Positions 26,479 through 36,616 of a stretch of 64,000 bases of DNA are shown here, one piece after another. Within the stretch, counting starts at the first letter, position 1. The number at the start of each line of letters is the position of its first letter. A model generated the notes under the pieces. That model had not been told where the DNA came from. It saw only the letters and a program-made list of their open reading frames with translations, and did not search any database. A program made the position numbers and the translations under genes. The DNA lies in sequence record OP589283.1; one strand, written 5' to 3'.

Positions 26479-28629
26479 ATGAGTACAAAGGCTTCTTCCC
26501 CATTTAAAGATACGGCATATTTTAAAGACCGTAACTTGCAACTTCATTACTGTAAACAAATGGCTTTTTTGTTATCTCGTTTATATAACAAACCAGAAGC
26601 AGAAATCCGACCATTGGTAGATCAAATATTCAAACGCAATACCAACGGATTTAAAGACATCAAATTCAAAATTATTAAGAAAAACAAATACGGAGACCGT
26701 GAATTTAAAATTGTTAATGCGGGTGATTTCTTTAATGAAGCTGAAGCAAACAATTATCACGTTAGTCCGAGTTTGGTATGTTACACCCATTCTGATACTG
26801 AACAATCCGTAAACAGTATTGGTACAGTTAAGTTCTTGAAAGATCGTAAGTTATATAAAACCAAACGTCAAGAAGCCAAAGCGGTTGGCAATAAAGAAGA
26901 TGAACGGGCATTCGACCAGATTCAGAACGCGTTAAAGATATTCAACAATGCTCAGTCTGGCGCAATGAGTAGTAACGGCACCCCTATTAATAATAAAAGT
27001 GGACATACTACTTTAACGTCTACTTGTCGTGTGTTAACCAGTTTAGCCAACATGATGAACGAACGGTTATTAAGTGGAAACCGATTGTTTATCAACTATG
27101 AGAAAACCATTGAGAACTTCCTAAGTTTGATTGTTCATACTGACTTACCACGACTAGAAGCGTTTATGTTGACCAACAACATGAGACACGCTACTGTTGA
27201 TGAAGTTATGACGATGGTGAAACGCTGCACTTATTACTACTGGAGTGATACGGGCAGAATGAAAATGATTCAATCGTTTGTTGAATTGTTGTCTCCTGTT
27301 GAACGTTCTGCCATTCTGATGATTAGCGACTTAAGTGGGTTGTTAGCTACTAACAAAGATATCTTAATTCGTTTCTTACAGGATTTCGTTCATGTCCCTG
27401 AATACGTTAAAGGTAAGGAAGGGATTGAACCCAGTAACGCTGATTACTATATTTTGTGTGTTGGTAAGTTGCGTCGTGATCCTTCTGTTAAAGTAAGTGA
27501 TACTGAATCTGAAGAAGTGAAGGCTGCAGCCAAGCTTAGAGAGAAAGAGTTAAAACAGGAGTTAGAAGAATACGTTAATCAATTAAACGAATACCATTTA
27601 AGTGTAGAAGCAAAATGGAAGGAGTTTATCGAGCTATTCTTTAAAGTGAGTGTTCCACCAAGTGGGATTTACAACATTAAAGAAATGGTACGTGAAAACG
27701 TATTAACATCGGATACTGACTCCAGTATTTATACTGTAGATGAAATCCTAGACTTATTAGGAGAAGATGAAGATACTCAACTCAACCTTAATGCTGCGCT
27801 TACTTACATGATTCGGATGATCAGTGTTCACCAACATGCGATGTTCAGTAAGAACATGAATGTGGCGGATAATAACTTGTATCGTCTCAATATGAAAAAC
27901 GAATTCATGTTTGGTAGTTATGTAACCACCTTAATGAGTAAACATTATTATGCTACTCAGGTGATGGTAGAAGGAGTGATGAACAAAACCATTGAAATGG
28001 AAATTAAAGGAGTCCATCTACGTAGTAGTAAAATCGCCAAAGCCATTAAGGATTTTGCGCATCAGTTAATGCGGGATATTTTAGATGCTATCTATCATAA
28101 ACGTAAGTTGGACGCGGCACGTATTCTGGCGGAAGTAGGTAATTTGGAACGGATGATTATTGAAGACATCATGGTTAAACGGAGCCCCGTCTGGTTAACG
28201 GTTAACACCATTAAAGACGATACTGCGTATGAAAATCCTGATTCCAGTATTTATCAATACCACAAGTTATGGGAATCTGTCTTTGCAGATAAATACGGTA
28301 GTCCTCCTGATATTCCGTATCGGGCATATAAGCTTAATACTGTCATGGGGAGCAAGACTAAGTTAAACAACTATTTAAACGAACTTGAAAACAGTGGATT
28401 TAAAGATCGGTTTATTAGTTACTGTGATGACCGTAAAGACCTTAACGCCATTTATCTTCCGATAGAAGTCATTGAAAAAACAGGAGTATTCCCTAAAGAG
28501 ATTATTCCGGCGGTAGATATTCGCGGTATTATCCAACAAAACCTAAAAAGTGTTTATGCAGTATTAGAAACGACGGGATTGTATTTCTTAAATAAAAAGA
28601 TTACCCGTCTTGTTAGTGACGAACATTAA
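26479..28629 (+). CDS. family-B DNA polymerase, polymerase-domain subunit (phiKZ gp50-like)
   Basis: QNALKIFNNAQSG (KxxxNxxxG), TSDTDS palm motif, KHYY and EIKG; no N-terminal exonuclease domain seen. Confidence 0.85.
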   Translation: MSTKASSPFKDTAYFKDRNLQLHYCKQMAFLLSRLYNKPEAEIRPLVDQIFKRNTNGFKDIKFKIIKKNKYGDREFKIVNAGDFFNEAEANNYHVSPSLVCYTHSDTEQSVNSIGTVKFLKDRKLYKTKRQEAKAVGNKEDERAFDQIQNALKIFNNAQSGAMSSNGTPINNKSGHTTLTSTCRVLTSLANMMNERLLSGNRLFINYEKTIENFLSLIVHTDLPRLEAFMLTNNMRHATVDEVMTMVKRCTYYYWSDTGRMKMIQSFVELLSPVERSAILMISDLSGLLATNKDILIRFLQDFVHVPEYVKGKEGIEPSNADYYILCVGKLRRDPSVKVSDTESEEVKAAAKLREKELKQELEEYVNQLNEYHLSVEAKWKEFIELFFKVSVPPSGIYNIKEMVRENVLTSDTDSSIYTVDEILDLLGEDEDTQLNLNAALTYMIRMISVHQHAMFSKNMNVADNNLYRLNMKNEFMFGSYVTTLMSKHYYATQVMVEGVMNKTIEMEIKGVHLRSSKIAKAIKDFAHQLMRDILDAIYHKRKLDAARILAEVGNLERMIIEDIMVKRSPVWLTVNTIKDDTAYENPDSSIYQYHKLWESVFADKYGSPPDIPYRAYKLNTVMGSKTKLNNYLNELENSGFKDRFISYCDDRKDLNAIYLPIEVIEKTGVFPKEIIPAVDIRGIIQQNLKSVYAVLETTGLYFLNKKITRLVSDEH

Positions 28630-28638
28630 GGAGCATTG

Positions 28639-29118
28639 ATGTACATTATTGTTGAGGGGATTAATAAAAGTGACACCACGAGACGTTGTCATGCGGTAAC
28701 TGCTCGTTTAGGGATTAACCCCATTATCTTAGGATTCCCGAGTGATCATTGCAGCAGTGCAAGAGCGACTCGTCATACGCTAGAGTTTGATTCCGTCATT
28801 ACTGACGAGCAACGAGAAGAGTTAATCGTTAAAGAATTTAAATTACTTAACGATTACGCTCAGACACTCATTGCTAAAGGACACTCTGTTATTATTAATG
28901 GTGGGCCTTTTTCTTATTTACACTGTCAGAACAAATTACCTGATTTCACGACAGTTAAGAAATTGAAAAACATCCTGCCTGATGGTGTGCTATTTGAAAA
29001 GATAATGACTCCCCCAGTAAAGATAGTTGGAAAGAGTCATTTTGCTAAATGGATAGAGAAAGATGAAAATATCGCCATTTGGACTACTCGCATAACTGAA
29101 GTGTTTAAAATGATTTAA
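28639..29118 (+). CDS. degenerate thymidylate kinase paralog
   Basis: MYIIVEGINKSDT vs MYIVIEGIDCSGKDT, FPSDHCS vs EPSDHSE, RHTLEF vs RKTLEF; P-loop GK lost; truncated. Confidence 0.65.
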   Translation: MYIIVEGINKSDTTRRCHAVTARLGINPIILGFPSDHCSSARATRHTLEFDSVITDEQREELIVKEFKLLNDYAQTLIAKGHSVIINGGPFSYLHCQNKLPDFTTVKKLKNILPDGVLFEKIMTPPVKIVGKSHFAKWIEKDENIAIWTTRITEVFKMI

Positions 29119-29124
29119 TCAATA

Positions 29125-29160
29125 CCTTACCCTATTCCCTTAATTGGGAATAGGGTAAGG
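29125..29160 (+). terminator. intrinsic terminator
   Basis: 15-bp stem CCTTACCCTATTCCC / GGGAATAGGGTAAGG. Confidence 0.75.
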
Positions 29161-29175
29161 GTTATCTATGCGTTT

Positions 29176-29219
29176 ATTTTTAACTTATGTTTCATTTCAG
29201 GTCTATATAACTTAGGTGA
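29176..29219 (+). promoter_or_regulatory. early promoter, copy B of the 44-bp exact repeat
   Basis: identical to 11931..11974; CTATATAAC core at 29203. Confidence 0.75.
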
Positions 29220-29279
29220 GTAAGATGCAAACCTTTGTATCGACTCACCGTTTAGTTGCGCGACTAAGTGAGGTTAAAC

Positions 29280-29993
29280 ATGCAAACAAACAACAAAAAG
29301 AAACATGGGGGGGCAAAACCAGATAAACTTCCTCCATGTGAGGGTTTTGTCGTATTGCCCAAATACGGGAATCATCCAGTAATGGATATTTCCCACACCA
29401 TCGCCAAAAGCGATGAAACTGTTTTAAAAGCAGAATCTCATATTCCAGATGAGATTCTAGAAGAAGCTAATTCCTTAATGGAAAAAGCAAACCAATTAAC
29501 TAACGTTTTAAACGAGGGTAAGGCCATGGAAAATTTAGCAACTCAACAATCACAAGTCGCCGGTCAACAAGCGGCAGAGTGTGCAGCTCAACAAACTCAA
29601 CAGTTTGCTGAAGACACAATGAAGCAATCTGTTGATGCTGCGCAAAAAGCAGCTCAGCAAACCCTTAAAGAAGGGGATGTGGGTTTTATCACCTATGGCA
29701 AAGGTGATAAAGTACATTGGGCTGTAGCTGCGGGTGTAGGCGCCGTTATCGGTGCTGCGGTTAACTTTGACCAACCATTGACTACAATGGCGGTTGGAGC
29801 TGTAACATCTGGTATCGCTGCTGGTGTTACTCATCACTACGTTGATGACTACAGCGCGCCAGCAGCAGTAGCCGCAGCCTTAGCTGTTGGTACTGGTGTG
29901 CGTTTCCTAGCCCCAACAGTGGGTTTAGGTAAAGCCAAAGAAAACGACTTCGTGTTACCAGAAGTCGCGCCTGAGTTTAATCAATACGCATAA
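29280..29993 (+). CDS. glycine-zipper-type membrane protein ending APEFNQYA
   Basis: ATG 29280 with GAGG RBS; possible internal start 29526; paralog of 12033..12467. Confidence 0.7.
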   Translation: MQTNNKKKHGGAKPDKLPPCEGFVVLPKYGNHPVMDISHTIAKSDETVLKAESHIPDEILEEANSLMEKANQLTNVLNEGKAMENLATQQSQVAGQQAAECAAQQTQQFAEDTMKQSVDAAQKAAQQTLKEGDVGFITYGKGDKVHWAVAAGVGAVIGAAVNFDQPLTTMAVGAVTSGIAAGVTHHYVDDYSAPAAVAAALAVGTGVRFLAPTVGLGKAKENDFVLPEVAPEFNQYA

Positions 29994-30001
29994 GTAATGT
30001 T

Positions 30002-30033
30002 AGTAACCTGCTCCCGATTGGGAGCAGGTTACT
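30002..30033. terminator. bidirectional terminator
   Basis: AGTAACCTGCTCCC-GATT-GGGAGCAGGTTACT between convergent genes. Confidence 0.8.
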
Positions 30034-30049
30034 CTTCATTATTTTTTTT

Positions 30050-31174
30050 TTAATTCATGTTGAGTTCATTAAGAATAATAACTTCTTTTACCAACGCAGT
30101 TAAGTGTTCCGCAACTTTACGGTCATTTAACTGACGATATCGTTTAATCATTTTATCCGATTGGATTGACACCATGGTGTTGATATCACCTGCACGATAA
30201 AACTCTCTATTAGCGTAATGAAGGTATAAACGAATAATCTTTAACATCATTGCGTCTAACACCCAACGAAGGTTATTGAAGTTATCCAATTGTTTAATCA
30301 TGCCCTTATTACCACCCACAATCGAATAAGGGGATAATGAGATATCTTCCTCGTAGATTGAGAAGATCTGTTTAACCAATTGATCTAAATGGGTGATGCG
30401 TTTTTGAGAAAAGGTTACTTGCAAGAAAGTCAAGTATTTCCTCAACTCACTTTCCTCACTTAACGTAAAGAAAGCAGTATAATCCATTTGAACACTTTCA
30501 GCGAACGGTTTATCGTAAAAACAAAAGTCATGTAGCGCATTGACTATATTGAGTTCATTATGAACCAGTGCTGCCTTACGCAAAGGATAGTTAACTAGAT
30601 AGGCGTGGATGCCGGTACCTTGTCCTTGGTGATTACGCATATACCACCACCAACCAATAGCAAGTTCAACCACGTCAATCCCAATAAAAGCAAACTTGTT
30701 CTTATTAGTAAACCCATCACTTGTTCGTTCAATACTTGCGTTATAATCCACAAACGTATCATTTATATACGTTGGAATAATAGGAGTAAGATCAGAAATA
30801 TTTAATTTTTCTTCTACGTAAGTCCTATCATTATACACCGAGAATAACACCTCGTATGTGTCTTTATAAAACACATTCGTTTTGGCTTCTGCATTCCGGT
30901 TAATGTTGGTGATACCACAAATACTGCACACACTGTTTTGTCTGTGTTTCACAATGATGATTAAATCTTCTAGTGACCAACTTGAATCAATAGATAATAA
31001 TTGTAAAAGGTTAACTAACGGATGACTGTTGTTTAAATTATACCCGGTTCTGAGAATCCATTCATCCATTTGTCCACGGTTGAATTCGGTAATGCGTCTC
31101 AGATTATCTAGCGTGGTATACGTTCTTAACGGGTAATTCGATACGTATGGATTAGGTATTCTTAAATACGACAT
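30050..31174 (-). CDS. conserved phiKZ-like protein divergent from chimallin
   Basis: 374-aa ORF; position typical of the family. Confidence 0.6.
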   Translation of the reverse strand: MSYLRIPNPYVSNYPLRTYTTLDNLRRITEFNRGQMDEWILRTGYNLNNSHPLVNLLQLLSIDSSWSLEDLIIIVKHRQNSVCSICGITNINRNAEAKTNVFYKDTYEVLFSVYNDRTYVEEKLNISDLTPIIPTYINDTFVDYNASIERTSDGFTNKNKFAFIGIDVVELAIGWWWYMRNHQGQGTGIHAYLVNYPLRKAALVHNELNIVNALHDFCFYDKPFAESVQMDYTAFFTLSEESELRKYLTFLQVTFSQKRITHLDQLVKQIFSIYEEDISLSPYSIVGGNKGMIKQLDNFNNLRWVLDAMMLKIIRLYLHYANREFYRAGDINTMVSIQSDKMIKRYRQLNDRKVAEHLTALVKEVIILNELNMN

Positions 31175-31195
31175 AGTTAAATTCCAAGAAGCAAT

Positions 31196-31289
31196 CTATT
31201 ATATGTAGAAACAAAACAACAGGACCCTACCTGTTATAGGGTTATGTGTGCTGTTTCAATTTTCATAGAATTTCTGACGTCTATATTAC
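31196..31289 (+). promoter_or_regulatory. chimallin promoter region (CTATTATAT at 31196, CTATATTAC at 31281)
   Basis: two promoter-like motifs upstream of the ORF. Confidence 0.6.
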
Positions 31290-31354
31290 TTAGGCGAATG
31301 AATGAATAATGTTTTATTCTTCAGTAACGTTACTGTAACAAAAAGGAAAACGAT

Positions 31355-33370
31355 ATGCAAAAAGGTGAAAACACAACCTTCAACCAATCCAGTTGGGAAA
31401 CAAAGAGTAAAGAAACCACAGGGTCTAACGCCTTAGCATTGCAAGGTTTAGGTGCCCTCTTTGGTCTGACTTCTTTAACTGCCGATAACCGCAACTTGGC
31501 CGATGTGGACTCAGTGGTTGAAAGTTTAACCAAATCTTTTGAAACACACAAAACGTCTACGACCAAAGACGTACAACTTCAAATCATTCCGAAAATCGAA
31601 AAGCTGACTTCTCAAGTTAGCCCTAATTTACCCGGTCTGTGTTTGAGCAAAGAAATCGGTGACGTGTTGTATGTAAGCATTGCGTTATTCTCTAACGACC
31701 AGCTAAACATCGTTAGCAAAAATATTCCGATGTATCCATCAAGCGACATGCCAGCCAATGCGATGTTTGGCAGCATCGTGTCTACTCAATGGACACCTAG
31801 CCAGTACATCAACAAAGAAATCAAAGACAACGTTGAAGCGTTCTACTCAGCGGGCGGTAAGAAAGTCACTATTATCTGTATGACAGTAGTCGACTTGGAA
31901 ATGTACAAGCATTCTGAAGTGCTTGATGACAAAGACCGTGTCCGTCGTATCAGCAGCATGCTGGCACAAGAATGGGAAGAAGCGGTTCTGATTCAAATCG
32001 CGCTTGAAGCAGTAGGTGCAGGTGTTAAATTACCATCTCCATTCAAAACGCCAGAAAAGCCATACGGCCAACATGGTTCTGCTGAAGCTCGCGTTAACGT
32101 TATCGAAAGCCGTGTTAACACTGCTGGTCAGATTTCACCTGCCAACATGGAAATTGTGGTTACTACCAGCAACCCTAATGCCATGGCAACATCTAACCAA
32201 GCCAATGCTAAAGAAATCGCCCGTGTTCGCTGTAACGTTGCGTTGAGTGCTACATCGTTTGAAAGCTGGTTATCAGCTAACAAATCTAACCTCACTGCCG
32301 GTATGCCTTTCTATGGCATGGCTGAAGGTTACAACGGTTATCAGCCTTTACGTCCTATCATCACAATCGATCAGGTTTTCCCTGGCGAACAATTAAACTA
32401 CAACGGTGGTTTGTACACACTGTTCTATGGTTTATATGCCGCTATGACAACCAACAACAACTACGTATTCGCCGATGCGATTCGTAAACCTTCTGCACGT
32501 GGTTCTTTAGCCGACCTCGAGCGTCGTATCGAAATGATGATGATGTCTTATCCTCAAACCAACATGATTCTTTCTCAGTCACCACGCACAGTGTTAGATG
32601 AGAAGAAAATGGGTGATGCTGATTTAGTCAGCCAATGGATTAAAACCAACGTCAGCAAACATGCGACTTTCCAAATCAACTTGATTCGTCATGGTGTCAA
32701 CAGTGCGTTGAACAACTTCCTGATCAAGCTGGCTGAAAAGCGTACATTTGAACTGCGTGAAGGCGATGGCGAAAAGTCTCTGATGTCAGTTGAGCTTAAC
32801 ACTGTTATCAGCATTCTGAACGCGATGACCAGCGGTGTATTCAGCAAGAAGTGTACTGAAAACAAAGCTGCGGGTAAAGGCTGGTGGCCAGGCAAACCAA
32901 TCCTGTATACCACTAACACCATCACTGCCAACGGGTTAACTCATCACAAAGGCAAGTGGATTAACACACTTGAATTAGATGAAACCATGTTGGGTAACAT
33001 CAAAGGCAAGAACACTAACGCCATGTTACAATACATGATGTTAAGCTATGGTCGTGCCGACAGTAACGATGGTAAAGACCGTGAAAGCCGTTGCCACAAA
33101 ATCGGTGTGTCTCTGAAAGAAGGTATGTTCTCTGAGCGTGTACATATTAACGCTTATGCGACTCCTTGTATTCTGAACCCTGAATTTATGGCGGTGTTAG
33201 GTGCATCTATGAACAGCATTGGTACAATGAACACCACTGGTAGCTATGGTACTTACCAACCTGACAGCATGATTTTCGCTCCAGGTATGGGATTAGCCAC
33301 TACTATCAGCGTAGGCCACGACTCTTTAATGGGTGACCTGGCCAACTACTCAAGCGGTGTCATTTACTAA
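31355..33370 (+). CDS. chmA: chimallin, major phage-nucleus shell protein (phiKZ gp54-like)
   Basis: 671 aa, high-expression codon usage, early promoter, immediately upstream of the nvRNAP beta' gene as in all phiKZ-like phages. Confidence 0.8.
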   Translation: MQKGENTTFNQSSWETKSKETTGSNALALQGLGALFGLTSLTADNRNLADVDSVVESLTKSFETHKTSTTKDVQLQIIPKIEKLTSQVSPNLPGLCLSKEIGDVLYVSIALFSNDQLNIVSKNIPMYPSSDMPANAMFGSIVSTQWTPSQYINKEIKDNVEAFYSAGGKKVTIICMTVVDLEMYKHSEVLDDKDRVRRISSMLAQEWEEAVLIQIALEAVGAGVKLPSPFKTPEKPYGQHGSAEARVNVIESRVNTAGQISPANMEIVVTTSNPNAMATSNQANAKEIARVRCNVALSATSFESWLSANKSNLTAGMPFYGMAEGYNGYQPLRPIITIDQVFPGEQLNYNGGLYTLFYGLYAAMTTNNNYVFADAIRKPSARGSLADLERRIEMMMMSYPQTNMILSQSPRTVLDEKKMGDADLVSQWIKTNVSKHATFQINLIRHGVNSALNNFLIKLAEKRTFELREGDGEKSLMSVELNTVISILNAMTSGVFSKKCTENKAAGKGWWPGKPILYTTNTITANGLTHHKGKWINTLELDETMLGNIKGKNTNAMLQYMMLSYGRADSNDGKDRESRCHKIGVSLKEGMFSERVHINAYATPCILNPEFMAVLGASMNSIGTMNTTGSYGTYQPDSMIFAPGMGLATTISVGHDSLMGDLANYSSGVIY

Positions 33371-33404
33371 TATTTGCTAATAGTCGCTAATAGTAAATAA
33401 ACTT

Positions 33405-33440
33405 TATAACCCAGTTGGAGTAAAATCCAACTGGGTTATA
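33405..33440 (+). terminator. intrinsic terminator
   Basis: 15-bp stem TATAACCCAGTTGGA / TCCAACTGGGTTATA then T-run. Confidence 0.8.
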
Positions 33441-33473
33441 TTTTTATTCTCTTTTTAGTTTAAGGATAACACT

Positions 33474-34919
33474 ATGCAATTTCCAGAATTAACTGATAGT
33501 AATCGCCTCGCTATTGAAGCGCTCACTAAAATCAGTGTGGAAAGTTTAGATCCAACCAGTCGTTATCAGGCATTTGCGAAAGGAATGAACTTAGCTGAAA
33601 ACTTTGATTACTTCCAATCGTTATACCCTGATTTTGAAGACTACAATTTTTTACATGACAGTTGTCCTCATCAGCAAATTTATTTAAATGACTTTGACTT
33701 TAATTTAGAAACTGACCGAGAACATCTCGCACAATTAATGCGGCTCGAATTTAAAGGTAATACTTTTGAGACCATTGCAAGTTGTGGTTGTTCTACTGGT
33801 GGGTTACGTGGCAACTACTTATTAGGTAGCGGTAGAGTTTGCCCGCGTTGCGGTAACGAGGTTGAACGTTTCTTAGATAAGGGTAATCAATCCAAACTGT
33901 GGTTAAAAACTCCTGAAGGAGTGGCTAAGTTTATCAATATCGGGGTGTACAACAATTTATTGACCAATATTAAAGTCAGTAAAACAGGCCCGGTGTGTTT
34001 ACCTCAATACTTTATGTCGAGTAAGTATCGCCGTAAACTACAGAAAGAAAAAATTGGGAGTGTGCAGTTAGTTGAACAAATCCTCAATGACTTAGATATT
34101 AAGAAAGAAGATGTGTGTTTAAATACGTTTGTAGAACGTTATGACGACATTATGGAATTCTTATTGAATGGTCCAGGGTTACGCACTTATACCAAAATAG
34201 GTGTAAGAGCACCCGCTTATTACGAGATTTATAAACACTCTCGTGATGTTGTTTTTAGTGACTATTTGAAAGTACCTAATCGTCAAAGCACCATTCTGGA
34301 AAATTCAGGTCGAAATGTTTACGCAACCAAAAATCAATTAGAAGTTAACCGACTGATTATTGATATTGCGGACACCAAACGGTCTGATGATTTCTACGCG
34401 CTTAATGCTAAAGATATTCGCCACAACAATGATGTGGTGGGTAACTCATTGGTTGAATTAAGTGAGATTCTGAATGGTAAAATCAGTAAGTCTCATTTAT
34501 TTGGTAAATACCAGTTAAGCCGTCACCATGTGAGTAGTGGTAGTATCCCGTTTACTGGTCGTGCAATTATTGCAAGTGAAACGGGTATACTTGATAATAG
34601 CAAATTGATTATCCCTTGGCGGATGGCGTTAAACATTTGTTATTACCACATCTTTAACGCGTTTTACCGAGATGGATTGTCTCCTAAGCAAGCTGCTAAG
34701 AAATTTAACTTAGCGGGTTATGCTTTTGATGAAAAAATCTCCAAGATATTTGAACGGGTGGAACAAGAGTGTAAGTCAGCTATACAAGCTGGTCGTAACC
34801 CAAGTAACGAATACCTAAGTTTACGGGTGTTCTTTATGGTGGTTAACCGTTGTTTAGAGGATGAATCCATCCACATTCCAATTTTAGCTTGTGGTGAGTA
34901 CAACAGCGATTTCGACGGT
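33474..34919 (+). CDS. non-virion RNAP beta'-like subunit (phiKZ gp55-like), exon 1
   Basis: Zn motif SCGC...CPRC, GRAII, QAGRNP; ends YNSDFDG just before the intron. Confidence 0.85.
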
Positions 34920-35314
34920 AAACTACAACGATTGCCGTCGTTAAACTTCTCTAACTGCTGGAACGCCGTAAAGTTCATTTAACTACAACGTGACTGGAAA
35001 CGGTGAGCGTGAATGTGGTCGAAAGACAGAAAAAATAAATGAAATGACCTATGCTTAATATCCCTGTTTAGTTTAATGGGGTGCTAAGGGTATCATAATT
35101 GGTAATCAGCAACGAAGTCTATTCTTAGGAGTGGATGTGTTCAACGACTAGGTGGGTCAAAATCGTGACTCGAACGGGAAGTAAACTTTCAGGATGAAGG
35201 TTGAAAGATATAGTCTCAACCGGTATGAAAGTATCGGAGTAAGTTTTAGCCAACTTACGACAGTGTGACGTACTGTTTAAAAACTTTAGAGCAATCTAAA
35301 GAACAATGAAATTG
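34920..35314 (+). mobile_element. group I self-splicing intron, 395 nt, no endonuclease ORF
   Basis: IGS GCCGTCG (34934-40) pairs with exon CGACGGT giving U-G at the splice site; P4 TGCTG/CAGCA; R GTTCAACGACTA; S AAGATATAGTC; terminal G at 35314. Confidence 0.9.
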
Positions 35315-35494
35315 GATCAAATGTACGTAATGTTTTTACTGGATAATGAATCCAAGGCAAAAAGTTATGGTGCTTTAGGTCATCAACAAATGTTGGATAA
35401 AAACAAGTTATTTACGGTAGGTGGTTATGCAGCTCAAACCGCAACTAACTTGATGAATCTTAACACAATGATGATTAAGACAAAACTCAAGTAA
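35315..35494 (+). CDS. non-virion RNAP beta'-like subunit, exon 2
   Basis: starts GAT (Asp) and restores NSDFDGDQM; spliced product 541 aa. Confidence 0.85.
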   Translation, partial: DQMYVMFLLDNESKAKSYGALGHQQMLDKNKLFTVGGYAAQTATNLMNLNTMMIKTKLK

Positions 35495-35504
35495 GGAGAA
35501 CTTT

Positions 35505-36128
35505 ATGGCACAACATAGTGCTGCCTATTTCAGTCATGCGTTTTCAGGTGCCTTAAATGAAAGTCAAGTTAATCAATATCGTAACTATTTAGATAACTCT
35601 CGTACACATCTCTCGGGTTGGTTAGCAGAGCAAGCTAAAATAGTGTCCGGTAACTTTACCGATTTTGTGAATTCCAAAGCATGGGAGTTCAGCAAACGTT
35701 TAATGAAACGTAATGATGGTGAATATGTTTCTGCGTTTGAAATCGGTTATTTGGGTACCATGAGTGGGCTTCAGAACGCTACTGGCTTAATGCGTAATTA
35801 CATTATGGCTAATGAAGACGTTATGGGGCTTTATTTAGACGAACGTATTGACGGTTATGGCGGTGATTTCAACCAATGGTGTGTTGGTGTAGGTGAAGAT
35901 AACTTATATTGGCGACAAGCAATGTCAGGTGTGCTGACGACCAAGAAAGTAAACGACGTAGAAGTGTTGGCCCACAATCATTACCGAGACTCGTTAACAG
36001 GAGAACTGAGTTTCCGTGAGAAAGTGGATATCCATAAAACATGGAATGCCATCACCCATCATATCGCAAATAAAGATTTATTTGACATCACCAGTGTCGA
36101 AAATGAGAAGATGAAACCTAAAGAGTAA
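35505..36128 (+). CDS. conserved phiKZ-like core protein
   Basis: 207 aa, AAGGAG RBS, nucleus core gene block. Confidence 0.65.
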   Translation: MAQHSAAYFSHAFSGALNESQVNQYRNYLDNSRTHLSGWLAEQAKIVSGNFTDFVNSKAWEFSKRLMKRNDGEYVSAFEIGYLGTMSGLQNATGLMRNYIMANEDVMGLYLDERIDGYGGDFNQWCVGVGEDNLYWRQAMSGVLTTKKVNDVEVLAHNHYRDSLTGELSFREKVDIHKTWNAITHHIANKDLFDITSVENEKMKPKE

Positions 36129-36208
36129 TTTAATAGGTGACCAATAAGGGGAGGGCGACCTTCTCTTATTGGGTTTCTTTTTTTATTTTTTTTTTATTAG
36201 AGGTCTGT

Positions 36209-36616
36209 ATGGGAACATTTTGCGTGGGTACCATGAGAACCAGTCATGGATGGGAAACATCATCTGCTGAAGAAGCCGCAAGTCTTCATATCACATATTG
36301 GTTAGCGAGCAGACACAGCCAAGGTCGCATCTATAATAAAGTACCAAGCTTCTATTATCTATGGAAGGAATTTGGTGACAACAAAGACCGGTTAGTAGAA
36401 GAAGTGGGAAACCACTTAGAAGAATATTTCAAAGAACTCTTTGAAGGGGTTCTGGTGCAATGCACAGCAGAATTTAATGAAGGCAGTAAATCTAAGTATA
36501 ATCTGCGTATTGCATTACGATTTACTGTAGACGGTAATCAATATGACTTAAGCAAAGCCGTATTGGTAACAAAAGAATATTATCGCGCGCTAGATGACGC
36601 AAGAGGAACAGTATGA
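36209..36616 (+). CDS. conserved phiKZ-like core protein
   Basis: ORF 36137..36616; ATG 36209 has GAGG RBS. Confidence 0.6.
   Translation: MGTFCVGTMRTSHGWETSSAEEAASLHITYWLASRHSQGRIYNKVPSFYYLWKEFGDNKDRLVEEVGNHLEEYFKELFEGVLVQCTAEFNEGSKSKYNLRIALRFTVDGNQYDLSKAVLVTKEYYRALDDARGTV

Noticed and set aside
33474-35494. RNAP gene as a pseudogene or as two separate proteins (502 aa and 62 aa)
   Set aside because: Group I intron signatures and exact restoration of DFDGD explain the break
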